A stretch of 25,228 bases of DNA from Macrostomum lignano. Its lineage: Eukaryota. Shown in pieces: positions 11,050 to 22,443 of the stretch. The position numbers were made by a program, and so were the translations under genes. Positions within the stretch are counted from its first letter, which is position 1; the number at the start of each line of letters is the position of its first letter. The notes under the pieces were generated by a model. That model made no database searches. It saw only the letters and a program-made list of their open reading frames with translations, and was not told the origin of the DNA. The stretch is from contig NIVC01005136.1 of the NCBI GenBank assembly GCA_002269645.1, positions 1-25,228 on the forward strand, given 5' to 3'.

Positions 11050-11175
11050 TACAGTTGATATTTTTAAGGATAAAATGTCTTTTAAAAATCGGCCCTCAAA
11101 AATATTGACAAAGTAGTTTGAAATGTGCATCACTGTTAAAAAAAGAAATTAAAAAATAATTTCCCCAAACAAAAG

Positions 11176-12901
11176 TCAGAACAGGATTCCAGCAGTTGAA
11201 CAGCACTGCAGCTGGGCAGCCGCATCTCTGCCATAGCTGATGGGCTCCACCACTGACAGACCCGGGTCTGAGATCGTCCGCGAGTAGGCCGGGGCAGTCG
11301 CCGATCTCAGCTGGAACAGCGGCGCCGAGGTCTCAGGTTCGAGCTCCATCTCGCCGCCGATCTCATTACAGTTGGCCGCTATTGCTGAGTCTTCAACGAA
11401 CCCTTTCGCTGGCTCGTGTGCCGAGAACAGGCGGATGCTCTGCAGCAGGGCGGAAACCTCCGACTCAAAGTTTGCGCTGGCCTGGAAGGGCGGGTGAGGG
11501 AGAGAGTGAATAGTTTGAATTCGCGCCAACGTGCTGAATCCGAATTCTAATAATCATTTCTAAGATTAACAAGATTCATCTCATGGATTACCAATAATCC
11601 AACAGGATTACCAATAATCCAACAGAATTACCAATAATCCAACAGGATTACCAATGATCCAACAGATTACCAATAATCCAACAGATTACCAATGATCCAA
11701 CAGAATTACCAATAATCCAACAGAATTACCAATGATCCAACAGATTACCAATGATCCAACAGAATTACCAATGATCCAACAGGATTACCAATAATCCAAC
11801 AGGATTACCAATGATCCAACAGGATTACCAATATCAACAGATTACCAATGATCCAACAACAGGATTACCAATGATCCAACAGGATTACCAATGATCCAAC
11901 AGGATTACCAATGATCCAACAGGATTACCAATGATCCAACAGGATTACCAATGATCCAACAGGATTACCAATGATCCAACAGGATTACCAATGATCCAAC
12001 AGGATTACCAATGATCCAACAGGATTACCAATGGATTACCAACCAGGATTACCAATATCCAACAGGATTACCAATAATCCAACAGGATTACCAATAATCC
12101 AACAGGATTACCAATAATCCAACAGGATTACCAATATCCATCCAACCAACAGGATTACCAATGATCCAACAGGATTACCAACAGGATTAACAATAATCCA
12201 ACAGGATAATCCAACAGGATTACCAATAATCCAACAGGATTACCAATAATCCAACAGGATTACCAATAATCCAACAGGATTACCAATGATCCAACAGCAT
12301 TACCAATGATCCAACAGGATCACCAATAATCCAACAGGATTACCAATAATCCAACAGGATTAACAATAATCCAACAGGACCAACAATAATCCAAGGACTA
12401 CTAAAACTAATTATACACTTGGATTCTCACGTGAACTCCGCCGGAAGCTGATGAGGCGGCGGCCGCTGGGCTGTCGCTGGCATCTGACAGCAGCTCGGCG
12501 AACCAGGCGGGCGCAGACGCGCTGTCCTCCTTCCACTTGGCTTCAGCGTAGGCGCTGGCTACCTCATAGATGAGCTGGAAGCTGGAGAAACTCGAGATGC
12601 TGTAGTTGTGCACAGGCGGGGTCAGGTACCAGCACCAGGTCGCCTCCTGCAGGTTGTGCTGCCGGACATTCATGCTGGAGGTGATGCTGGCAAGGCGGAG
12701 CTGAACGTCGATGAGGCTCGGATAGCGGGTGCCGCCGCGGGCTAGGAAGGCCCGGAAGCCGGACAGGCTGTCGCCGTAGACCCGGTAGCCGCCCTGCTCC
12801 AGGCTGCTGCTCTCAGAGATGTCCACGGCGACTACTTTGGCTGCGCCGAACTGGTACCTGGCAGTGTGTTGGAGCGGGAAACTGGCGACTGTTTTGTGGA
12901 T

Positions 12902-12944
<43 letters not shown>

Positions 12945-12989
12945 CACACACACACACACAGACACACACACACACAGACAGACAGACAG

Positions 12990-13050
<61 letters not shown>

Positions 13051-13181
13051 AAGACAGACAGACACACAAAAAGACAGACAGACAGACATCCACACACACA
13101 GACAGAGAGACAGATAGGCAGACAGACAGACAGACAGACAGACAAAAAGACAGACAGACAGACAGAAACACACACACACAC

Positions 13182-13226
<45 letters not shown>

Positions 13227-13293
13227 TAGACAGACAGACAGACACTTAGACAAACACTAAGACAGACAGACAGACAGACAGACACACAGACAC

Positions 13294-13359
<66 letters not shown>

Positions 13360-16300
13360 TGAGCACATCAGCGGGCAGATTATTAACGAAGCAGCCGTCA
13401 ACCAGCAGGTCGCCGTCATCGCTCCAGATGGGCGGCAGTATGATGGGGTAGGACATGCTAGCCCTGACGGCTTTCCACAGGCGGCCGCGCGTCATAACTC
13501 GCATCCGGCAGCTCTGCAAATCTGTGGCCACAAAATAGCAGGGCAGCCAGAGATCCTCGATGTTCAAGTCGCGATCGAACAGCTTCAGCACCAGCCGGTT
13601 CATAAGGCCGCCGCGGAAAAACGACACCAGCGGCAGCGTCATGTCCAGCAGTTGCATCAGCAGGGAGCCGGCCTCGCTGAATGTCTTCTTGGAGCTGTAC
13701 ATGAGCGACTCCAGGCTGGTGTCCATCGCCCACAGGCTGGCCATCAGCGAGCCGATGCTGGTACCGCTCAAGGCATCGATGGGCACCCGTCGATCGCACA
13801 GCAGCTTGATGACGGCCGGGTGCGCTGCGCCCCTGGCCCCGCCGCCGCCAAGCGCCAACCCGATCGAGGCGCCGGTTAGTCGGCGCGCCAATCGGCGCAT
13901 ATCCGGCGCCACGCGCAACGAGACCCGTCGAGTCCGGTGCAAGCGCAGGCTGTCGGGCAACCGCAGGTGCAGATGCTGCCGGACCCACGGCCGGGCGGCC
14001 AGAAACGGCGCCGTAGAGCCGGGCGGCACCCGGGCTCGCCGCTTCGGATGCAGCAGCAGCAGCTCGATCTGCGCCCTGCTGTACCTGGTGCAGAAGTGCT
14101 CGGTGAGGCAGGGCGCTGGCGGCCCGTCGTGATCTGACAACACCAGGATGATGTCCGCCTGCCTGATGCACAGCAGAGTCCACGGCGTCAGCTCGTAGTC
14201 TGCGGCGAATATAACAAAATTATTCTCCTCCTCCCCGGCCGTTAGCCAGCTGTGCAATGCGTCATCCCTGGTGCCCAGGTCCCACACGGACTTGTGGAAT
14301 TTGCGGCAGACCAGCTCCGAGGACAGGTGGCGCACCGGTGGCGGCAGAAGGCCAGCCAAGCAGCCGGCAAAAGAGGCGGCCGGCAGGTAGCCCTGAGCCG
14401 GGATCACTGCCACAGTCTTCACAGGAGACGACTGCGGCCGGCTGCAGCTGCTGGATGCCTGGCTGGAGTAAGAATCCAGCAAGGCGTTGGCCAGAGTGGA
14501 CACCAGCAGGTGGGAGAAGCCCTGGAATCGCTGGGACAGGAAGGAGACCAGGTGTCTGCTTAATCGGATCAGCTCGGAGTCGCGCACAGACTCGGCCGGT
14601 AGCGGGCACTGAGACCGGTTCAGCGCCGCTACTAAGTTAATAATCCTCCCCCGGCCGTAGTACTCGGACTGTCCGGACAGTAGCAGTCGGCCGGACAGCA
14701 GGAAATGGCAGTGCGGATCGTCCACGCCAGTCCGGCTGGCCAGGCTGGCGCCGCATTTCAACGATACGAAGCGCAGCGCGTAGTCCAGAGTGCGCACCAG
14801 CGGGCTGATGGAGCCAAGGCAGCTGTCTGACACCCGGGCAAGGCAGGCCGCCAGCAGCCGCGGCTCCGAGGCCAGGCTGGCCGGGTCCAGACGGGCCAGG
14901 ACGGCCGCGGATCGGCAGTAGATGTCCGAGGCCAGCGGCAGCTGACCGCAGTAGCTGACCATGCCGAAGAATTCGCCTGGGCCGGCCACCTGGATGATTG
15001 TTAGTCAGTTAGTTAATTAAATTATGCTATCATCCAGGTAGTAATCTCTAATCAGAGATCCCATCATCCAGGTATTTTAAACTCTAATCAGAGATTACAT
15101 CTACCAGGTATTGATCCTTAATCAAAGATCCCATAATCCAGGTATTAATCCCTAACCAGAGATCCCATAATTCAGGTATTGATCCTTAATCAGAAATCCC
15201 ATAATCCAGGTATTAATCCATAATCAGAGATCCCATAATCCAGGTATTAATCCATAATCAGAGATCCCATAATCCAGGTATTAATCCCTAACCAGAGATC
15301 CCATAATCCAGGTATTAATCCCTAACCAGAGATCCCATAATCCAGGTATTAATCCCTAACCAGAGATCCCATCATCCAGGTATTAATCCCTAACCAGAGA
15401 TCCCATCATCCAGGTATTAATCCTAACCAGAGATCCCATCATCCAGGTATTAATCCTTAATCAGAGATCCCATAATCCAGGTATTAATCCATAATCAGAG
15501 ATCCCATCATTTAGGTATTGATCCTTAATCAGAAATCCCGACTGTGAATTCGTGAAGCGACCCCCCCCCCAAGAAGTGCTCACCGATATGGGCTTGGCTC
15601 CCACCCGCTGCCACAGCCGGCCCCGCAGCACAAAGTACAGGCAGGTCAGGCGATCGCCCGCCTTGGCCACAGCATCGCCCGGCTTGCACTCGGTCACGGA
15701 CACGGCGGCTTTGAATCGATCCTCTGGCAGCTCCAGGATGCGAGCCAGCTGTGGCAGCCGGGCCTCCACCGCGTCCGATCGTTGGGAGCCCCACAGACCG
15801 CAGGCGGTGGTCGTGGCGACTCCCGTCTGCTGCTGCTCCCCGCTAGCATTGGTCTCGTCCGGCACCAAGACCGGCAGCAGGCCCTGAACAAAGACTTTGC
15901 TGAACTGACGCCAGCAATAAGTAGACACGGGATTAACGGGCGGACTAAATGATGAAGAACTCAAGTTCAAGGCTTGGCACAGAGCTCGGAAAGACAGAAA
16001 GCGGATGCTAGTAGGCTGCAGGCCGGGATAAGCGCGCAGGTAGACTCGGGCATCCGGGTGCTGCGAGTCCCGGACACTTGGCCGAGACTGGCACAGATGG
16101 CCCAGCAGCATCAGAGGGCTGAATATGCACTCCCCGGGCGGCACCACCTCAACTATGGTGTGCCTGCCGAATAGGCGGATCTCAATAGCGCCGGAGTCCA
16201 CAAGCACAATGCCATTGGCTGGCTCCGCCTCCACCAGGGTGCCGGCTGGCCAGCGGCTGCCAACCAGAGCCAGCCGGTCAATCTCGGCCGCCTGGAGCGA

Positions 16301-16861
16301 CCTGAGCGGCCAAAAAGTCTCGGCCAGTTTGTCCAGTCCGCGCCGCTGCAGAGCGGATCGAGTTTTCAACGTAGACGAAGAAGCCGACAGAGCATCGTCC
16401 TCGCTGAAGTCGCTGTCCGTGTCGGCAACAGCGGAACCGACCAAGGAACCGACGGAATTCAATCCGTCGCCGCCGCGCCCGGAGGCCAGCAATAGCAGGT
16501 CGCCTTGAGTCTTCTGCCTGAGCAGCCGCTTGCCAATGGAAGACACCCGGCGCATGTTGGTGAGTCCGAGGCCGGCGAGTTGCAGGGCCTGCTGCCGCTG
16601 CTGCAGAGCCGTCTGCTCCAGCTCTAGCTCCTGAGCCTTCTGCAGCTGAAGCCAACGCCGACGACTGCTGTAGGCGGCGGGCGTCCGCGACAGCCGGCCG
16701 AGCAGCCATCTGGCGATGCGGCGCAGATAAAAACGCAGCTGATCTCTACGTCGAAATTTTGTCACTTGGAAGCCTAAAGCGCCGGTCCGATAGGCGTAAT
16801 TGCCTAGCAACAGTAGCAGGCATGCCAGGCAGAAGGGCAACCAGGCCTCGAGTCCCGAGTA
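11176..16861 (-). CDS. PNPLA6: Neuropathy-target-esterase family (PNPLA6/7, swiss cheese) patatin phospholipase. Exons 16861-15584, 14989-13360, 12857 (or 12888)-12431 and 11481-11176; about 1213 aa. Start codon source unresolved.
   Basis: N-terminal hydrophobic helix, then [14 protein letters not shown] (cf. NTE FRKRDKVLFYGRKI), three cNMP-binding-like segments, and patatin motifs [42 protein letters not shown] and [11 protein letters not shown]. Phase-0 junctions TCG|gtgagc..catccag|GTG and CAC|gtgaga..cccttccag|GCC. PNPLA6 versus PNPLA7 cannot be resolved. The last exon is supported only by splice signals. Confidence 0.88.
11585..12392. repeat. 20-bp minisatellite caacaggattaccaat(g/a)atc, about 40 copies, in PNPLA intron 3 (12430-11482)
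   Basis: Direct observation. Confidence 0.95.
12903..13359. repeat. Compound (GACA)n/(CA)n microsatellite filling PNPLA intron 2
   Basis: It interrupts the patatin C-terminal region between NNLPADVL and [13 protein letters not shown]. Confidence 0.97.
15026..15540. repeat. 34-bp minisatellite, about 15 copies, in PNPLA intron 1 (15583-14990)
   Basis: Unit cagagatcccat(a/c)atccaggtattaatccctaac; period 34 (15261 to 15295). Confidence 0.95.
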
Positions 16862-17863
16862 CTGCAATGCATGTTTGAACGGCACTCTTGAGGGGGAATG
16901 AAATCTTCTAGCTGCATAACATAAGCAAGGACTGAAAATGTTAAGGAGGCCAGGCCAGGTTTTACCGAAAAATACTTTACGGAGATGGGGAATTTTCAGT
17001 TTTTTTCTGGACAAAACTTGCTACTGCTTTTGATAGGCGCGGCCTGACCCAATAATCATCTTTTGGTACGTTTTGCTTGTAAATTAGGATTCTATGATAA
17101 TTTTATATCCTACGTGTATGTCCTATTTAAAATGAAAAATAAAAATGACACAGCTCGACTCATTCTGTTACAAAGTTTGTTACACAGTCAGCTAAGAATA
17201 ACAAAACAGATTCATAAAACCAATGAGCCGAGCCGTGCCTTATGAATATCAATAGAGCTATAAGAAAGGCACAACATAAAGATAAACACTGGATGTGCCT
17301 CCTATCGAAAGCAATAACAATGTAATATGAAAAAAGTAAAAGCTTCCTATCTCCGTTGTGTATTTTTTCGGCGAAAACCAGCCTCCTAAACATTTTCTAA
17401 GAAACGTAGTCTCCCGTCCTTCTAGTTGAGGTGAGAAGTGTCTAAGAGAGAACTGCCTTCTATCAATTCACAGATACTAAAATACATTAAAAAAGACACA
17501 TCGCAATAAAAATCAAAACCAATGAGGGGGCCGCTCGTCTTGCGAGACGGCAATTTACTAATTGTATTTTTGCATTAGAGGATGAAGCGCTTGCCATATG
17601 CAATGAGTATGGTCTTTGTGAGTCTTACATTACAGTAGCAAGCGACTGATTAGGAAATTATCGCACTATATAAGTCACTACTACAGGCGCTATATATTAA
17701 TATGAGTAAGTCGATATCAATCACAGGCAGCCAGCCTAGCCATTGGTATAATTTACAGAAATTGGTAGACTATAAGATAGAGTTTAGATTTTACTGACAT
17801 GAAGCCTGCATTAGCAAGTTAGCGAAGCAGGGAAGCAGAGCTCAACAGAAATGAGGAGGAGCC

Positions 17864-18685
17864 GGCGGAGACCGGGGGGAGAGGGCGGAGACAGGGGGTG
17901 AGACAGGGGAAGGGGCGGAGACAGAGGGTAAGACAGGGGAAGGGGGCGGAGACAGAGGGTAAGACAGGGGAAGGGGGCGGAGACAGAGGGTAAGACAGGG
18001 GAAGGGGGCGGAGACAGAGGGTGAGACAGGGGAAGGGGCGGAGACAGAGGGTGAGATAGGGGAAGAGGCGGAGACAGAGGGTAAGACAGGGGAAGGGGGC
18101 GGAGACAGAGGGTAAGACAGGGGAAGGGGGCGGAGACAGAGGGTAAGACAGGGGAAGGGGGCGGAGACAGAGGGTAAGACAGGGGAAGGGGGCGGAGACA
18201 GAGGGTGAGACAGGGGAAGGGGCGGAGACAGAGGGTGAGACAGGGGAAGGGGCGGAGACAGAGGGTAAGACAGGGGAAGGGGCGGAGACAGAGGGTGAGA
18301 CAGGGGAAGGGGCGGAGACAGAGGGTGAGATAGGGGAAGGGGCGGAGACGGGGGGTGAGACAGGGGAAGGGGCGGAGACAGAGGGTGAGACAGGGGAAGG
18401 GGCGGAGACGGAGGGTGAGACAGGGGAAGGGGCGGAGACGGGGGGTGAGACAGGGGAAGGGGGCGGAGACAGAGGGTAAGACAGGGGAAGGGGCGGAGAC
18501 AGAGGGTGAGACAGGGGAAGGGGCGGAGACGGGGGTGAGACAGGGGAAGGGGCGGAGACGGGGGGTAAGACAGGGGAAGGGGCGGAGACAGAGGGTGAGA
18601 CAGGGGAAGGGGCGGAGACGGAGGGTGAGACAGGGGAAGGGGCGGAGACGGAGGGTGAGACAGGGGAAGGGGCGGAGACGGAGGG
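17864..18685. repeat. 30/31-bp purine-rich minisatellite ggggaaggggcggagacagagggtgagaca, about 27 copies, just 3' of the LCMT1 stop
   Basis: Direct observation; strong purine/pyrimidine strand asymmetry. Confidence 0.96.
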
Positions 18686-18740
18686 TCAGTGATAGGCTAG
18701 CAGAAGGGCAGTACAAGAGGCTGAGCAGTGGTGGGGGAGG

Positions 18741-21700
18741 TCAGCGAACGCTAGCCAAGCGATTTGCCAAGTCGGGCTCAGACGGGAAAGGCGAGCTGGC
18801 AGCGTAGGCGATGCAGTAGTGCTCCAGCAGCTGGTCGAATCCTTCTCGTTCGTCCAGCATCTCGATGCGCTCCACCCTAGCCGTGGCCGGCTGCGGCAGG
18901 GCCGCATAAACTCGGCGCATCGTCCAGACAGCGGCCGCGGGCCAGCCGGCGCGGAGCAGGCGCTGACGCTGGGCGTCTTCGCTGGCGCAGGCGGCCGAGC
19001 CGGCGAGGTCGCAGCCGCGAGAGCGAAAATTTGATAGCATCACCTCGCCGAAACGGTCGCTGAGATTAACCTGGCGAATTAGGGATTTAACAAAAACTTT
19101 CTATATTTATATAAGTGGAAAATATTGCATTTGCCGATCAAGCCAAATACTCGTAGTTAAAACGGCCCTTTTAGGGCACAGTTAACTCGTAAAAAGTAGC
19201 CAATCGCGAGTAGATTATGCATGAGAATTCTAGACATAATATCCTCTTGACCCACCAAACCAGAAAGGTTACTTGACTCTCTCTTCAGACGCTATTGGAC
19301 ATAACTTTCGATACATATCGGCTGACTGAGAAATCGTTACTTTCGATACATATCGGCTGACTGAGAAATAGTCACTTTCGATACATATCGGCTGACTTAC
19401 ATTGTAGAAATAGTTACTTTTGAATACACATCGCTGACTGAGAAATAGTCACTTTCAATACATATCGGCTGATTGAGAAAGAGTTACTTTTGATACATAT
19501 TGGCTGACTGAGAAATAGTTACTTTCGATACATATCGGCTGACTGTGAAATAGTTACTTTCGATACATATCGGCTGACTGAGAAATAGTTACATGTACTT
19601 TCAATACGCATCAGTTAACCAAAAAATACTTTAGATACATAACGGCTGTTCTTCTCACCTGTTCATAATGCAGCAAAGCGGATTTAGTAAACTGATTAGC
19701 TAATTGAGCCAACAGTTTCTCGCTAGACTCGACAGGCAGGTAAACCAGAACGCATTCGGCTAAGAAAATGGTAGGCAAGTCTGCATCAAGTCCGCAGCTA
19801 CTCCGCAGAGTAGACACCACAGCTGCTGGATCGCGCAGATCAGCGGGCACAATGTGATACGGATCAGCGTGCAGCTCATGCCGATTGTGCACAATGTCAA
19901 CCTCATCGCCACCGATAGCTTCCAATAATTGCCGATTAGAGGTCACCTGTAGAACTTTGCGGCTAGTGTTGTCTTGCAGGTCGGCGTCAACCCATTTGCA
20001 TGGCAACCAGTCGGCCTGGGGCCAGCTAGTGCACAAGCACATGTAGGTTGTGTCAGACCCGGCACCCAGGTTCACTACCTGTTGTGTGTGACGTAATGGT
20101 AGAATTTGAATGGAGTTAATACGACAAGGACCGGTCAATAGAAACGGAAAGTTGGATTTTGACTCTAAAGTGACTGGAGTTCACATTGACTAGAGTTCAC
20201 ATTGGCTAGAGTTCACAGTGACTGGAGTTCACAGTGACTGGATTTCACAGTGACTGGAGTTCACAGTGACTGGAGTTCACATTGGCTAGAGTTCACAGTG
20301 ACTGGATTTCACAGTGACTGGAGTTGACAGTGACTAGAGTTCACAGTGACTGGAGTTCACAGTGACTGGATTTCACAGTGACTGGATTTCACAGTGACTA
20401 GAGTTCACAGTGACTGGATTGACAGTGACTGGAGTTCACAGTGACTGGAGTTCACAGTGACTGGAGTTCACAGTGACTGGATTGACAGTGACTGGAGTTC
20501 ACAGTGACTGGAGTTCACAGTGACTGGAGTTCACAGTGACTGGATTTCACAGTGACTGGATTTCACAGTGACTGGAGTTCACAGTGACTGGATTGACAGT
20601 GACTGGAGTTCACAGTGACTGGAGTTCACAGTGACTGGAGTTCACAGTGACTGGAGTTCACAGTGACTGGATTGACAGTGACTGGAGTTCACAGTGACTG
20701 GAGTTCACAGTGACTGGAGTTCACAGTGACTGGAGTTCACAGTGACTGGAGTTCACAGTGACTGGATTTCACAGTGACTGGATTGACAGTGACTGGAGTT
20801 CACAGTGACTGGAGTTCACAGTGACTGGAGTTCACAGTGACTGGATTGACAGTGACTGGAGTTCACAGTGACTGGAGTTCACAGTGACTGGAGTTCACAG
20901 TGACTGGAGTTCACAGTGACTGGATTTCACAGTGACTGGATTGACAGTGACTGGAGTTCACAGTGACTGGAGTTCACAGTGACTGGAGTTCACAGTGACT
21001 GGATTTCACAGTGACTGGATTTCACAGTGACTGGAGTTCACAGTGACTGGATTGACAGTGACTGGAGTTCACAGTGACTGGAGTTCACAGTGACTGGAGT
21101 TCACAGTGACTGGATTTCACAGTGACTGGAGTTCACAGTGACTATAGTTCATAGTGACTGGAGTTCACAGTGACTGGAGTTCACAGTGACTGGATTTCAC
21201 AGTGACTGGAGTTCACAGTGACTGGAGTTCACAGTGACTGGATTTCACAGTGACTGGATTTCACAGTGACTGGAGTTCACAGTGACTGGAGTTCACAGTG
21301 ACTGGAGTTCACAGTGACTGGATTGACAGTGACTGGAGTTCACAGTGACTGGAGTTCACAGTGACTGGAGTTCACAGTGACTGGATTTCACAGTGACTGG
21401 ATTTCACAGTGACTATAGTTCATAGTGACTGGATTGACAGTGACTGGATTTCACAGTGACTGGAGTTGACAGTGACTAGAGTTCACAGTGACTGGATTGA
21501 CAGTGACTGGAGTTCACAGTGACTGGAGTTCACAGTGACTGGAGTTCACAGTGACTGGAGTTCACAGTGACTGGATTGACAGTGACTGGAGTTCACAGTG
21601 ACTGGAGTTCACAGTGACTGGAGTTCACAGTGACTGGATTTCACAGTGACTGGAGTTCACAGTGACTGGAGTTCACAGTGACTGGAGTTCACAGTGACTA

Positions 21701-21970
21701 CAGTGAACTTCAGCGAGCTACACAACACACCTGGCATCGGCACCCGACATCTCGCAGCAAGCTGATTAAGATAGCGCGCAGAGCGACTACTCTGGCCCAG
21801 TAGCCTCGGCTGATCTCCGGCGGTTTGCTGGCATCCCCTCCGCCCGCGAAGCCGCCGCCGCCGCGGCTAACCGCAGCTATGAACGGGTCTTCGTAGTAGC
21901 CCAGGCGTACGGCGTGTCGCTTGGAGGCGGCCGCATCGTCGTTAGTCTGCTGTACGACCAGGTCGGACAT
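18741..21970 (-). CDS. LCMT1: Leucine carboxyl methyltransferase 1 (PP2A methyltransferase). Exons 21970-21731, 20078-19659 and 19070-18741; 329 aa, intact.
   Basis: Motifs VQQTNDDAAASKRHAVRLGYYEDPF, PEISRGYWARV, CQVVNLGAGSDT, PTIFLAECVLVYL, YEQVNLSDRFGEVM and ERIEMLDE..LLEHYCIAYA. Both introns are canonical GT-AG and phase 0 (240+420+330 nt). Confidence 0.95.
19303..19607. repeat. 35-bp minisatellite, about 8 copies, in LCMT1 intron 2 (19658-19071)
   Basis: Unit actttcgatacatatcggctgactgagaaatagtt. Confidence 0.93.
20171..21706. repeat. 15/16-bp minisatellite cagtgactgga(gttca/tttca/ttga), about 95 copies, in LCMT1 intron 1 (21730-20079)
   Basis: Direct observation. Confidence 0.97.
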
Positions 21971-22116
21971 GGCCAGTCAGTTGAGGAATTCACTGGCGGT
22001 TGATCGCTGCTTGGCTATGCAATGCGGCTCTCTGGAGTGCTGTAAAACTGGTTCAGCTTAGAACACAACTGCAATACAGCTTGCCTGCTGGGACCTGAAG
22101 GATTCCATGACCACAT

Positions 22117-22443
22117 CAAAGCCGGTCCCTAACCCTATCAAAGCCGGTCCCTAACCCTATCAAAGCCGGTCCCTAACCCTATCAAAGCCGTTCCCTAACC
22201 CTATCAAAGCCGGTCCCTAACCCTATCAAAGCCGGTCCCTAACCCCAGCGAAGCCAGTCCCTTACCCCAGCGAAGCCAGTCCCTAATAACAACGAAGCCG
22301 GTCCCTAACCCCAACGAAGCCGGTCCCTAACCCCAACGAAGCCGGTCCCTAACCCCAACAAAGCCAGTCCCTAACCCCAACAAAGCCGGCCCCTAACCCC
22401 AATGAAGCCAGTCCCTAACCCCAACAAAGCCGGTCCCTAACCA
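22117..22443. repeat. 22-bp minisatellite aagccggtccctaaccc(tatca/cagcg/caacg/caaca), about 15 copies, upstream of LCMT1
   Basis: Direct observation; contains CCCTAACCC. Confidence 0.93.

Noticed and set aside
12813-13253. SVCL/QTDR low-complexity ORFs (also 4215-4530 and 24256-24948)
   Set aside because: They are GACA microsatellite artefacts.
12407-14989. The 860-aa ORF as a complete single-exon protein
   Set aside because: It starts at a splice acceptor (GTG is internal Val), includes a microsatellite intron and reads past the donor at 12431. It is only part of the PNPLA gene.
962-16709. Plus-strand GC-rich ORFs overlapping the exons (for example 2140-2586, 7432-7815, 13560-14132, 16125-16508)
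   Set aside because: They are antisense shadows of GC-rich minus-strand coding exons, with no motifs or splice support.
17531-17550. Short hairpin cgtct-tgcg-agacg as a Helitron end or terminator
   Set aside because: It is only a 5-bp stem, with no supporting terminal motif or second copy.
17811-18807. Pro-rich and Arg/Gly-rich ORFs on both strands
   Set aside because: They derive from the 30-bp purine-rich minisatellite.
1482-21730. Introner-type (intron-generating transposon) origin of the introns
   Set aside because: The introns share no sequence with each other and show no consistent terminal inverted repeats or target-site duplications.
1518-22443. CRISPR arrays (20-68 bp periodic repeats)
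   Set aside because: The units are head-to-tail with no unique spacers, there are no cas genes, and the context is spliceosomal introns.
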